Shown in pieces: positions 1 to 28,500 of a DNA stretch of 64,000 nucleotides. Both the position numbers and the translations under genes were made by a program. The notes under the pieces are model-generated. The model was not told where the DNA came from. It made no database searches and saw only the letters and a list, made by a program, of their open reading frames with translations. The first letter of the stretch is position 1; each line of letters begins with the position of its first letter. The stretch spans positions 448,001 through 512,000 of the forward strand of contig CAWJGT010000019.1 in the NCBI GenBank assembly GCA_963842525.1, written 5' to 3'. The DNA is from an uncultured Holophagales bacterium. GTDB lineage: Bacteria; Acidobacteriota; Thermoanaerobaculia; Multivoradales; UBA5704.

Positions 1-587
1 TCCAGAGACATGCCGGAGTCTGCAGCCTGAGCGAATCTCATCCACTGGTGCTCGATGGAGTAGGCCCGGATCGTCGAGAGAAAGTCATACAGCGGCCGAT
101 ACTCCTCGGTCGCGGACGCTGCGAAGAGGGCGAGCCGGTCAGGCTCCATCTTCGACCGGATTCCCGCGATCTCCCGAACGAAGCTGCCCTCGTGGACCTC
201 AAAGCCATCTTCGCGATCCGGAGCCCGCATCATGCACCTTTCCTTGGAGACCCGGTAGGCGCCGTCCTGCTTTCCTGTAATCTCGAAGGAATAGTCGGCG
301 CTGCTCTCCTCGGGCAGGTCGACTCGCAGGCGAAACCCGACTTTGATCTCTGAAAGACTGGACCAGCGGGGGAAAACAGAAATTTCGCCAAGCCGACCGA
401 AAGCTTCGCCGATCGACAAGGAGAGGCACTCCTGCACGAACGTCAGGGCCTGGATGAAATTGGTCTTTCCTGCCCCATTGGTTCCCACCAGCGCCGTGAA
501 CGGCTCCAGATCAACCACCGCCCTCTCAATGCTCTTGAAGTTCTGGATCTGGATCTGGCGGATTTGGGGCACCATAGGGGCGCTCAT
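1..587 (-). CDS. AAA-family (ABC/SMC-like) ATPase, 3' end outside the window
   Basis: Absent from the ORF track and translated by hand from ATG 587 (alternative ATG 575): MSAPMVPQIRQIQIQNFKSIERAVVDLEPFTALVGTNGAGKTNFIQAL. It has the N-terminal 'I.I.NFKSI' strand and Walker A GTNGAGKT, and the frame stays open to position 1. Confidence 0.85.
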   Translation of the reverse strand, partial: MSAPMVPQIRQIQIQNFKSIERAVVDLEPFTALVGTNGAGKTNFIQALTFVQECLSLSIGEAFGRLGEISVFPRWSSLSEIKVGFRLRVDLPEESSADYSFEITGKQDGAYRVSKERCMMRAPDREDGFEVHEGSFVREIAGIRSKMEPDRLALFAASATEEYRPLYDFLSTIRAYSIEHQWMRFAQAADSGMSL

Positions 588-874
588 GCTTCATCCGATG
601 CTATCATGACGCTCCTGCCCCGCCCCGTCTGATCCGGCTCCCCCTTGAGGGGGGCTCCCGGCCGGCGGCGTTGTCTCCCCTGGGCCTCCTGGCAACACTC
701 TGTTGTAGAGCCGTGGCGGTCACCCCAGGGAACGAGCCCATAGCAAGGTGGTAATATGGTGGGTCCCGGCGGGCGTTTACGGCCGCTCTCCAGAGCCATG
801 AGAATCCACGACACAGAAGCACCCCAGGCCTACAGGCCGACGTTTTCCAGGATTCGATCCAAGGACAGGCACTG
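588..874. promoter_or_regulatory. Divergent intergenic/promoter region between the ATPase and the biosynthetic cluster
   Basis: Only sizeable non-coding stretch in the window. It has a TAATAT (-10-like) at about 752-757, AAGGA upstream of ATG 875, and a small palindrome CCCCCTTGAGGGGG at about 640-653. Exact promoter elements are not established. Confidence 0.5.
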
Positions 875-17741
<16,867 letters not shown>

Positions 17742-17760
17742 GAACCCTGAGGAGCGCCTC

Positions 17761-20700
17761 ATGAGCGAACCTGTCCACGATCCCGCGCACGGGATCGCGA
17801 TCATCGGCATGGCCGGCCGTTTTCCCGGCTCCCCTTCGTTGGAGCGCTTCTGGCGCAACCTGCGTGAAGGGGCCGAGTGCGTCACCTTCTTCCGCGACGA
17901 GGAGCTCCTCGCGGCCGGGGTCGATGCCGCGGAGCTGGCGAATCCGCTCTATGTCAAGGCGCGCGCGCTCCTCGACGGCGTCGAGCTGTTCGATTCCGCC
18001 TTTTTCGGCTTCACCCCGCGCGAGGCCGAGGTCCTCGACCCGCAGCACCGGCTGTTCCTGGAGTGCGCCTGGGAGGCGCTGGAGACCGCCGGCTACGATC
18101 CCGACCGCGTCTCCGGCCGCGTCGCGGTCTTCGGCGGCGCCGGGTCCGGCTCCTACCTGCTCCACAACCTGCTGCCGCACCGCGAGCTGCTGGACCAGAT
18201 GGGCGCCCTCCAGGTGATCGTGATGAACGAGGGGAGCTTCCTCACCACCCGGGTCTCCTACAAGCTGAACCTCAAGGGTCCCAGCGTGGACGTCCAGACC
18301 GCCTGCTCGACCTCGCTGGTGGCGGTCCACATGGCCTGCCAGAGCCTGTTCGCCGGGGAGAGCGACATGGCGCTGGCCGGCGGCGTCTCGATCGACGTGC
18401 CGCAGAAGAACGGCTACTTCTACCAGGAGGCGAGCGTCATGTCGCCGGACGGCCACTGCCGGTCCTTCGACGAGCGGGCGGCCGGCACGGTCACCGGCTC
18501 CGGCACCGGCATCGTGGTCCTGAAGCGCCTGGCCGACGCCCTGGCCGACGGCGATCCGGTGCACGCCGTGATCCTCGGCTCGGCGATCAACAACGACGGC
18601 TCGGCCAAGGTCGGCTATACCGCGCCCAGCGTGGAGGGGCAGTCCGAGGCGATCGCCGAGGCCCTGCTCATGGCCGGCGTGGAGCCCGACACCATCGGCT
18701 ACGTCGAGGCCCACGGCAGCGGCACGCCGCTGGGCGACCCGGTGGAGATCGAGGCGCTGACCCAGGCCTACCGCGGCGGGACCGACCGCACCGGCTTCTG
18801 CGCCGTGGGCTCGGTCAAGAGCAACATCGGGCACTGCAACTCGGCCGCCGGCATCGCCGGGCTCCTCAAGACCGTGCTCGCCCTGGAGCACGGCGAGATC
18901 CCGCCCAGCCTGCACTTCGAGAGGCCGAACCCGCAGATCGACTTCGCCTCCAGCCCGTTCTTCGTCGCGACCCGGCTCGCCTCGTGGCCGGACGACGGGA
19001 TGCCGCGCCGGGCGGGCGTCAGCTCCTTCGGCCTCGGCGGCACCAACGCGCATGTCGTGCTGGAGGAGGCCCCGCCGCGCGAGCCGTCGGAGCCCGCCTC
19101 CCGGCCCGCGCAGCTCCTGGTCGTCTCCGCCCGCACCCCGGCGGCCCTGGAGGCGGCGGCCACGAACCTCGCCACCCACCTGCGGAGCACGCCGGAGGAC
19201 GAGCTGGCCGACGTGGCCTGGACCCTCCAGATGGGCCGCAGGGCCTTCGACCACCGGCGCATCGTCGTGGCGAGCCATCGCGAGGACGCCGCCGCGGCGC
19301 TCACCGATCCCAGGCGCGCGGTCAGCGGCCGGCGCGAGGGTCCGCCCGAGCGCCCGGTCGTCTTCCTCTTCCCCGGCCTGGGGGACCAGTACGTCGACAT
19401 GGCCCGCGAGCTCTACGACGCCGAGCCGTTCTTCCGCGAGACGGTCGACCTCTGCGCCGAGAAGCTCCTGCCGGAGCTCGGCCTCGACCTGCGGACGGTG
19501 ATCTTCTCGGAGGGGGACCAGCGGCTCGTCGCCAAGGTGTCCGCCGGACCCGACCTGCGGGCGATGCTGCGCCGCGGCACCGAGGCGCAGGACCCGGCTG
19601 CGGCCCGCCTCGCCGGGACCGCGGTGGCCCAGCCGGCGGTCTTCGTCGTCGAATACGCCCTCGCCCAACTGCTCATGTCCTGGGGCATCCGGCCGCAGGC
19701 GATGATCGGCTACAGCATCGGCGAGTACGTGGCCGCCTGCGTGGCGGGCGTGTTGACCCTCGACGACGCGCTGACCCTGGTGGCGCGGCGGGCGAAGCTG
19801 ATCCAGGAGCTGCCGGCCGGCGCCATGCTCGCCGTCCCCCTGGCCGAGGGCGAGGTCCGGCCCCTGCTCGCGGACGACAGGTTCTCCATCTCGGCCACCA
19901 ACGGCCCGCACTTCTGTGTCGTCGGCGGCCCGCGCGAGGCGCTGGAGGAGCTGGAGGAGAAGCTGCGCGAGCGCAACGCGAGCTGCATCTTCCTGCAGAC
20001 GACCCACGCCTTCCACTCGGCCATGATGGAGCCGGCCGTAGCCCGCTTCACCGCCATGGCGGCGGGGGTCGAGATGCGGCCGCCCGGGATCCCCTATCTC
20101 TCCAACGTCACCGGCACATGGATCTCCGGAGACGACCTGGAGGACCCCGCCTACTGGGCGCGCCACATGTGCGGCACGGTGCGCTTCGCCGAGGGGCTCG
20201 CCGAGCTGCTGGCCGAGCCCGCGCGCGTCCTGCTGGAGGTCGGCCCCGGGGGCACCCTGGGCACGCTCGCCCGGCAGCACCCGGACGCGCCCGCGGACCT
20301 GGTGTCGGTCGCGACCCTGCGGCGGGGGAGCGAGGGCTGCTCCGACGTGGAGCTGCTGCTGGAGGCCGCCGGCCGGCTGTGGATCGCCGGCGTCCCGGTC
20401 GACTGGGCCGGCCTCCAGGGCCTGCACGGGGGTGAGCGCCGGCGGCGGGTGCCGCTGCCGACCTACCCGTTCGAGCGCCAGCGCTGCTGGATCGACCCGC
20501 CGGAGCGCTCCGCGGCCGCCCGCCGCGGGGCCATGCTGCCGCCCGCCGAGCCCGGTGTCTCCCGGGGGGCGGCGCCGGCGGACCTGGCGGACTGGTTCTG
20601 GGTCCCGGTCTGGCGGCAGGCGCCGCCGGCCCGGCTGTTCCCGGCGGGCCGCGGCACGCCCGAGAGCTGGCTGGTCTTCCTCGACCGCGGCGGCCTGGGC

Positions 20701-22581
20701 GAGCGGCTGGCCGCGCGGCTGCGCCGGGAGGGGCACGGCGTGATCACGGTCGCGGCTGGAAACGAGCACGCCGAGCTTGCAGACGACGCGTACGCCGTCG
20801 ATCCCGCGGCGCTCGGCGGCTACGAGCGTCTGGTCGAGCGCCTGCGCGCGACGGGCATGCCCGAGCGCATCGTCCACCTCTGGGGCGTCACGGACGAGGA
20901 GCCCGCCTACGACGAGGCGCAGCGCTCGGGCCTGCTCAGCCTGATGTTCCTGGAGCACGCCCTGACCAACGCCGGCCCTCCGGCGGGCGCGGCCGGCCGG
21001 GCCGTGCGCATCGGCATGGTCACCAACGGCGTCCACGCCGTGATGGACGGCGACCGGGTGGTGCCGGCCAAGGCCACCGTGCTCGGCGGCTGCAAGGTGA
21101 TCCACCAGGAGTCGGCGCAGCTCACGTGCACGAGCATCGACGTCTCCCTGCCGGCGGCCGGCTCGCCGGCGGAGGAGCGGCTGCTCGGGCAGCTCCTCGC
21201 CGAGATGGAGGTCCCCGAGGAGGAGCTGGAGCCGGCCGTGGCCTACCGGGGCCGGCAGCGCTGGGTGCGCCGGTACGAGCGGGTGCGGCTGACCGAGGAG
21301 CTGTCCGCCGCCTCCCGGCTGCGCGCCGGGGGCGTCTACCTGATTACGGATGCCATGCATGGCAGCGGACTGGGAGCGGCGGACTTTCTGGTGCGCTCGG
21401 CCGGAGCGCGCGTGGCTTTGGTGGTGCCGCCGGGCTTCCCGCCGCGGGACCGGTGGGAGAGCTGGGAGCCCCTGCCGCCGACGCCTCCGGGCCAGGACGC
21501 CGTGGGTGCGGCCGTGCGCCGCCTGCTCTCCCTGGAGCCGCTCCCCGGGGTCCTGATCGTCTGGGCCGACATCGGCGATCCCGCGGGGATGCGGTCGGCC
21601 CTGGCGCGTGCCCGCGAGCATTTCGGCGCGGTGGACGGCGTGCTCCACACCCCGGGGTCGTTCACCGGCGGCCTGATCCAGCTCAAGACTCCAGAGGGCC
21701 TCGCCTCCACCCTACGCCCCGCGGCCGGCGGCGCCGAGGCCCTGTTCGCCGCCCTGGCCGCGGAGGCCGGGGACGGGCACCGTCCGGAGCTCGTGGCGCT
21801 GTTCGCTTCGACCCTCACCTTCACCGGCGGCCTGGGCCAGCTCGACATCGCCGCGGCCGGAGCCTATCTCGACGCCGTGGCGCAGCGCCATGCCGTGGAG
21901 GAGGGCGGACCGTTCACCCAGGTCGTGCACTGGGATCCCTACCAGTGGGACGGCTGGCTCGCCGCGGGCGCCGCCCTGCCCGGCATGCAGCCGGAGCAGC
22001 TCAAGGGCGACCTGGAGACCTTCGGCACGCCGTCGGAGCGCAGCGGCGAGGCGCTGCGTCGGCTGCTCGCCAGCCCGCTGCCGCAGGCCATCGTCTCCGC
22101 CCGCGACCTGCACGGCCTGATCGCAGACACCGACGCCTTCACCATCGACGCCTTCATGGCGCAGATGGAGAAGGCCCGCTCGGCACAGGGGCCGGCGCGC
22201 GGGCGCGAGGGGGTGGCGATCGCCTACGTCGAGCCGCGGTCGGACCTGGAGCGGCAGGTCACCGCGATCTGGGAGGAGCTGTTCGGCATCCGGCCGATCG
22301 GGATCGACGACAACTTCCTGGAGCTGGGCGGCCATTCGCTGCTGGCGATCCAGATGGCCACCCAACTGCGCAAGGCTTTCGCGGTCGAGCTGCCGGTGAC
22401 GGTGCTGTTCGAGGCCCCCACCGTGGGGGAGCTGGCCGCGGCCATCGCCCGCGGCAAGGAGAGAGGGGAGGACCCCGACGAGATCGAGCGCCTGCTCGCC
22501 CTGGTCGAGGACCTCTCGCCCGAGGAGGCGCTGCAACGGATGCAGGAGCTCGGCCTGGCGCCGGAGGAGGTCCTTTCGTGA
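17761..22581 (+). CDS. Type I PKS gene 2: KS-AT-KR(degenerate)-ACP
   Basis: ATG 17761 follows a GAGGAG RBS. KS triad VQTACSTS / EAHGSGT / NIGHCNS; AT GYSIG and HAFH (malonyl type); KR-like region lacking canonical motifs; ACP LGGHSL. The 13192 start in the ORF track is an artefactual upstream extension. Confidence 0.92.
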   Translation: MSEPVHDPAHGIAIIGMAGRFPGSPSLERFWRNLREGAECVTFFRDEELLAAGVDAAELANPLYVKARALLDGVELFDSAFFGFTPREAEVLDPQHRLFLECAWEALETAGYDPDRVSGRVAVFGGAGSGSYLLHNLLPHRELLDQMGALQVIVMNEGSFLTTRVSYKLNLKGPSVDVQTACSTSLVAVHMACQSLFAGESDMALAGGVSIDVPQKNGYFYQEASVMSPDGHCRSFDERAAGTVTGSGTGIVVLKRLADALADGDPVHAVILGSAINNDGSAKVGYTAPSVEGQSEAIAEALLMAGVEPDTIGYVEAHGSGTPLGDPVEIEALTQAYRGGTDRTGFCAVGSVKSNIGHCNSAAGIAGLLKTVLALEHGEIPPSLHFERPNPQIDFASSPFFVATRLASWPDDGMPRRAGVSSFGLGGTNAHVVLEEAPPREPSEPASRPAQLLVVSARTPAALEAAATNLATHLRSTPEDELADVAWTLQMGRRAFDHRRIVVASHREDAAAALTDPRRAVSGRREGPPERPVVFLFPGLGDQYVDMARELYDAEPFFRETVDLCAEKLLPELGLDLRTVIFSEGDQRLVAKVSAGPDLRAMLRRGTEAQDPAAARLAGTAVAQPAVFVVEYALAQLLMSWGIRPQAMIGYSIGEYVAACVAGVLTLDDALTLVARRAKLIQELPAGAMLAVPLAEGEVRPLLADDRFSISATNGPHFCVVGGPREALEELEEKLRERNASCIFLQTTHAFHSAMMEPAVARFTAMAAGVEMRPPGIPYLSNVTGTWISGDDLEDPAYWARHMCGTVRFAEGLAELLAEPARVLLEVGPGGTLGTLARQHPDAPADLVSVATLRRGSEGCSDVELLLEAAGRLWIAGVPVDWAGLQGLHGGERRRRVPLPTYPFERQRCWIDPPERSAAARRGAMLPPAEPGVSRGAAPADLADWFWVPVWRQAPPARLFPAGRGTPESWLVFLDRGGLGERLAARLRREGHGVITVAAGNEHAELADDAYAVDPAALGGYERLVERLRATGMPERIVHLWGVTDEEPAYDEAQRSGLLSLMFLEHALTNAGPPAGAAGRAVRIGMVTNGVHAVMDGDRVVPAKATVLGGCKVIHQESAQLTCTSIDVSLPAAGSPAEERLLGQLLAEMEVPEEELEPAVAYRGRQRWVRRYERVRLTEELSAASRLRAGGVYLITDAMHGSGLGAADFLVRSAGARVALVVPPGFPPRDRWESWEPLPPTPPGQDAVGAAVRRLLSLEPLPGVLIVWADIGDPAGMRSALARAREHFGAVDGVLHTPGSFTGGLIQLKTPEGLASTLRPAAGGAEALFAALAAEAGDGHRPELVALFASTLTFTGGLGQLDIAAAGAYLDAVAQRHAVEEGGPFTQVVHWDPYQWDGWLAAGAALPGMQPEQLKGDLETFGTPSERSGEALRRLLASPLPQAIVSARDLHGLIADTDAFTIDAFMAQMEKARSAQGPARGREGVAIAYVEPRSDLERQVTAIWEELFGIRPIGIDDNFLELGGHSLLAIQMATQLRKAFAVELPVTVLFEAPTVGELAAAIARGKERGEDPDEIERLLALVEDLSPEEALQRMQELGLAPEEVLS

Positions 22582-25500
22582 GCGTGACCGACCGTATCTC
22601 GGCGCTGACGCCGGAGCAGCGCGCCCTGTTCGAGCGGCTGCGCCAGCAGCAGAAGCCGAAGGCCCCGGCCGTGCCGCCGCCGCCCCCGATCGTCCGGCGC
22701 GGCCCGAGTCGCCCGAGTCGCCCGGATACCACCTGGCCGCTGTCGTTCGACCAGGAGCGGCTGTGGTTCCTCTACATGCTGAATCCGCAGGATACGGCCT
22801 ACAACATCGACACGGCCAACCGCATCCGCGGCGCGCTCGACTTCGCGGCCCTTAACGGCGCGTTCCAGGAGATCGCGCGGCGGCACGAGATCTGGCGCAC
22901 CGCGTTCCCGGCGGTGGACGGGCGGCCGGTCCAGGTGGTCCTGCCGGAGATCCGCCTGCCCAGCCGGATGGTCGACCTGCGGGCGCTCCCGGAGGATCGG
23001 CGGCTGCCGGCCGCCTTCGAGCTGATGGTGCAGGAGACGCGGATCCCGTTCCGGCTGGAAACCGGTCCGCTGGTCAAGGCCCTGCTGCTGCGCCTGGAGG
23101 ACGAGGACTGCATCTGCCAGCTCACGGTCCACCACATCGTGACCGACTGGGTGACGTTCCAACTCTTCTGGAAGGAGCTGGGGATCCTCTACGAGTCCTA
23201 CCTCGCCGGCCGGCCGTCGCCGCTGCCCGCGCCGGCCGTGCAGTTTGCCGACTACACGGTCTGGCAGCGCGCGTGGATGCGGGACGAGGTCGAGAAGCAC
23301 TATTTGCGGTATTGGGTCGACCGCCTGCGCGACGCCCCGTTGTCGCTCGACCTGCCGACCGACCGGCCGCGCCCGCCGGTCCAGACCAGCCACGGCGACC
23401 GGGCCGCGGTCCGCGTCGAGCGTGCGGCGGAGCTGAAGAGCCTGGCGCGGCGGGAGGGGATGACCCCCTTCATGTCCGTGCTGGCCGTCTACCAGGTCCT
23501 GCTGGCGCGCCAGAGCGGGCAGGACAAGGTCATCGTCGGCTCGCCGAACGCCAACCGCAACCGGCTCGAGATCGAGGAGACCTTCGGCTTCTTCCTGACC
23601 CAGCTCCCCTTCTGCGTCGACCTGTCGGGCGATCCGACCCTGCGCGAGGCGCTGCGGCGGGTGCGCGAGACCGCCCTCGGCGCCTACACCCACCAGGACC
23701 TGCCGTTCGGCAAGCTGGTCGAGGCGCTGCAGCCGGAGCGCGACCTGTCGCGGGCGCCGATCATCCAGGTCGTCCTGCTGCTGCTCGACGGCGCCGTCCT
23801 GTCCCCCCGGCTCGCCGGTCTCGAGCTGGCGCCGGTCGACATCCACGACGACAACGCCCGCTTCGACGTGATGTTCGCCATGTGGGACCACCCCGACCTG
23901 ATCCATGGGTGGTACGAGTACAACAGAGACCTCTGGGACCACACGACGGTGGAGCGCCTGGTGGAGGGCTTCGGCCTGGTGATCGAGGAGCTGCTCGCCG
24001 ATCCGGAGCGCCGGGTCTCGGAGCTGTCGCTGCTCTCCCCGGCGGCGCGCCAGCAGGCGCTGCTCGAATGGAACGACACGACGGAGGGTGTCGGCGCCCC
24101 GGTTCCATGGCTGGTGGCGGCGCGCGCCGCGGAGCGCCCGGACGCGCCGGCTGTCATCGGGGAGGAGACTGAGCTGACCTACGCGGAGCTGGAGCAGCGG
24201 GCCGGCCGCATCGCTCTTCAGCTCCGCCAGATGGGCGTGCGCCGCGGCGACCGGGTCGGCGTCTGCCTCCAGCGTAAGCCGGACCTGCCGGCCGCCCTGC
24301 TCGGCGTCTGGCGGGCGGGCGCCGCCTATCTTCCTCTGGACCCCGGACACCCGGCGGACCGCCTGCGCCTCGTCCTCGCCGACGCCGGGGCCGTGGCCCT
24401 GGTGGCCGACGAGCACGCGCTGGCCGCTCTCGCCGAGGCGGGTGCGCCTCTCGACCTCCCGGTGCTGCGCCTGCCGCTCGGTGCCGATCGGTGCGATCCG
24501 ACCGATCATCGGACCGATCGGACCGATCCGACCGACCTTGCGTACGTGATCTATACCTCGGGCTCGACCGGCCGTCCCAAGGGGGTGGAGGTGACCCACG
24601 GCGCCCTGGCGAATTTCTTCCAGGCCATGGCCTCCCTCCACGGCATCGGACCCGGGGACGCCTGGCTGGCGGTGACGACGATCGCCTTCGACATCGCGGC
24701 CCTGGAAGTGTTCCTGCCGCTGATCTCCGGCGGGCGCGTGCTCCTGGCGAGCCGCGAGACGGCCGGCGACGCCCGGCTCCTCGCCGCCGCGCTGGACGAG
24801 CGCGGCGCCACGGCGCTCCAGGCCACGCCGGCGACCTGGCAGCAGCTCGTGGACACCGGCTGGAAGGGCCGCCCGGGGCTGCTGCGCATCTGCGGCGGCG
24901 AGGCCCTGGGCCGCGACCTTGCCGACCGCCTGTCGGAGATGGACGGAGAGGCGCTCTGGAATCACTACGGGCCGACCGAGACGACGATCTGGTCGGCCGT
25001 CCAGCGGGTGGGAGATGGATGGCGGCGGGGTGCGACCGAGCCGGTCGGCCGTCCGATCGCCAACACCCGGGTCTACGTGCTGGGCGCGGGGCTCCATCCG
25101 GTCCCGCTGGGCGCGGTGGGCGAGGTCTTCCTGGGCGGCGCCGGGGTGGCGCGCGGCTACCTCGGGCAGCCGGCGCTGACCGCCGAGCGCTTCCTCCCCG
25201 ATCCGCTCTCCGGCGCGCCGGGAGACCGTTTTTACCGCACGGGCGACCTCGGGCGCTGGCTCGCCGACGGCCGGCTGGAGTTCCTGGGCCGCACCGACCA
25301 TCAGGTCAAGCTGCGCGGCTTCCGCATCGAGCTGGGAGAGATCGAGGCCGCCCTGCGCCGCCACCCCGCGGTGGCGTCGGCGGCGGTGGTGTTGCAGCAG
25401 CACGCAGGAGACCTCCGCCTGACCGCCTGCGTGGTGGCGGCCGACCCTGCTGCGCCGCCGGACCCCGCGGATCTGCGTGCCTCGTTGCGCGCGGACCTGC

Positions 25501-28500
25501 CGGACTACATGATCCCCACGGCCTGGGCGCTGCTCCCCGGGCTGCCTCTTTCTCCCAGCGGCAAGGTGGACCGCCGGGCGCTGGCCCGCGTCGAGCCGGA
25601 GGTCCAGGCAGGGAGCGGCGCGGCGCCGCGCGGCGCGGTCGAAGAGCTCCTGGCGCAGATCTGGACGCGGGTGCTCGGCGTCGAGCGCGTGGGTGCGGCG
25701 GACGACTTCTTCGCCCTGGGCGGGCAGTCGCTGCTGGCGACCCGGCTGACCTTCTTCGTGCGCGACAACTTCGGGGTCGACCTGCCGGTCCGCGCGGTCT
25801 TCCAGGCCACGACCGTGGCCGCGCAGGCGGAGTTGATCTCCTCCGCGCTGGCCGGCGGCTCGATCCAAAGCCAGGGAGCCGGCCCGATCCGGCTCTTGCC
25901 GAGATCACAGCGCCCGGCCGGCGAGCCTCTCCGGGCCGCAGCTCTCCTTCGCCCAGGAGCGCCTCTGGTTCCTCGACCGCCTGCTGCCGGCGAGCCCGGC
26001 CTACAACCTGGCCGCTGCGCTGCGGCTCGACGGCCCGCTCGACACCGCCGTGCTGGCTACGGCCTTCGACCTCCTCGTCGAGCGGCATGAGACGCTGCGC
26101 ACCCGCTTCCTCGAATCCCCTGAAGGCGATGGCCGGCCGGTGCAGGAGGTGGCGCCGGCCGCTCCCTTCGACCTGCCGGTGATCGACCTCTCGAGCTTCC
26201 CCGGATGCGGAGAAGGAGGCGCGCCATCTGGCGGCGGCCGATGCGATGCAGCCGTTCAACCTCGCAAGCGGGACTCTGCTGCGGGCGACCCTGCTGTGCC
26301 TGGGCCCGGAGCGGCACGTCCTGCTGCTCGCCATCCACCATATCGTCGCGGACGCCTGGTCGCTGGGCGTGCTGGTCGACGACCTGACCGCCCTCTACGC
26401 CGGCCGGCATCTGGAAAAATTGCCGGTGCAGTACGCCGACTATGCCGCCTGGCAGCGCGGCTGGCTCACGGGGGCCGAGCTGGACCGCCAGCTCGCTTTC
26501 TGGCGCGCTCATCTGGCGGACGCGCCGCGCGCCCTGGAGCTGCCTCTGGACCGGCCGCGGCCGGCGGTACAGAGCTATCGCGGCGGCGCCGTCCCGTTCG
26601 CCCTGCCGGCCGAGGCATCCGCCGCGCTCGCCGGCCTCGCGCGCAACGAGGGCGCGACCCTCTACATGGCCCTGCTCGCCGCCTGGGGGGCTCTGCTGTC
26701 GCGCCTCTCGGGGCAGCGGGACCTGGTCCTGGGCACGGCCGTGGCGAACCGCGACCGGCCGGAGCTGGAGCGGCTGATCGGGTTCTTCGTCAACACCCTG
26801 GCGCTGCGCCTCGACCTTGCAGGGGACCTGGGCTTCGCCGGGCTGCTGGCGCGGGTGCGCCGCGTGGTGCTCGACGCCTTCGCGCACCGCGACCTGCCGT
26901 TCGAGAAGCTGGTCGAGGAGCTGCACCCGGCCCGCGACCGCAGCCGCCAGCCGGTCTTCCAGGCGATGCTGACCTTTCAGAACGTGCCGCGCGGTGGGAT
27001 GGACCTCCCCGGGCTCGCGCTACGCCCGCTGGAGGTCGACAGCGAGACGGCGAAGTTCGACCTCACGATGACCCTGGTCGAGGAGGAGGGCCGGATCCTC
27101 GGCCGGCTGGAGTACGCGAGCGACCTGTTCGAGCGCGCCACGGCCGAGCGGATGGCCGGCTATCTCGCCACCCTCCTCGCCGGGATTGTTGGCTCGGCGC
27201 AGGGGAGCGTGGCCGAGCTGCCGCTGCTCTCCGCGGAGGAGCGCCGGCAGGTGCTGGAGACCGGGAGCCGGACGGCGGCGGGCTTCCCGCGCGAGGCGTC
27301 GATCCACGACCTCTTCGCCCAGCAGGCCGCGCGCCATCCGCAGGACGTGGCGGTCGTCTGCGGCGACGAGCGGCTGACCTACGGCGAGCTCGACTTCCGC
27401 GCGACCCGTCTGGCCCGCCGCCTGCGCGCCCTTGGCATCGGCCTCGAAGACCGCGTGGGCCTCTGCGCCGAACGGTCCGTCGACCTGATCGCGGCCCTCC
27501 TCGGCATCCTGCGGGCCGGCGCCGCCTACCTGCCCCTCGATCCCTCGCACCCGCCCGAGCGCCTGGCCTGGATGCTGGAAGACGGTGGGGCGCGGGTCCT
27601 GCTGGCCGACCGCCGCATCGCAGACCTTGCTGCGAACGCCGGTCCTGTGTTCGGGGTCCAGGTGCTGTTCCTCGACGAGCTCGACGTGGTCGACGAGCCG
27701 TCGTCCACGCTCCCCGACGTCTCCGGGGTCCCCGCCGAGGCCCTCGCCTATGTCATGTACACATCCGGCTCGACCGGCACCCCTAAGGGTGTGGCTGTCA
27801 CTCATCGCAATGTCGTGCGCCTGGTGCGCGGGTCCGAGTACGCGGCGATGGGCCCGGAGGAGGTCTGGCTGCAGAACGCGCCGGTGTCGTTCGACGCCGC
27901 GACCCTGGAGGTCTGGGCGCCGCTCCTGAACGGCGGCCGGCTGGTCCTGATGCCGGGCGCACGGACATCGCTCGACGACCTGGCAACGGCGGTCGGCGAG
28001 CACGGCGTGACGTCGCTGTGGCTGACCGCGGGCCTCTTCCACCAGATGGTGGACCACCGGCTGGAGGGGCTGCGCCCGCTGCGCCAGCTCCTCGCCGGAG
28101 GCGACGTGATCGCGCCGGCCCACGCCCGCCGGCTGCTGGAGGCCCTGCCGGACGTGACCCTGGTCAACGGCTACGGGCCGACGGAGGGGACGACCTTCAC
28201 CTGCTGCCATCGGATGACCGGCCCGGAGCAGGTGGGAGCTTCCGTACCCATCGGCCGGCCGATCGCCAACGCACAGGTGTACGTAGTGGACGAGGGGCTG
28301 CGGCCGGTGCCGCCCGGCGTGGTGGGGGAGCTGGTCGCGGGCGGCGAGGGCCTGGCGCGCGGCTATCTGGGACGGCCGGAGCTGACGGCGGAGCGGTTCG
28401 TGCCCGACCCGTTCGCCGGCGGTGGTTCGGAGGGGGAGGGTGAGCCCGGAGGCCGGCTCTACCGCACGGGCGACCGGGTGCGCTGGCTGCCGGACGGCAC

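Noticed and set aside
710-790. Possible ops-like antitermination site (GGCGGT) in the leader
   Set aside because: Only a partial match (GGCGGTCA, not GGCGGTAG), expected by chance at this GC content.
28421-28450. GGAGGGGGAGGGTGAG as another family-1 remnant
   Set aside because: Too short and degenerate to assign.
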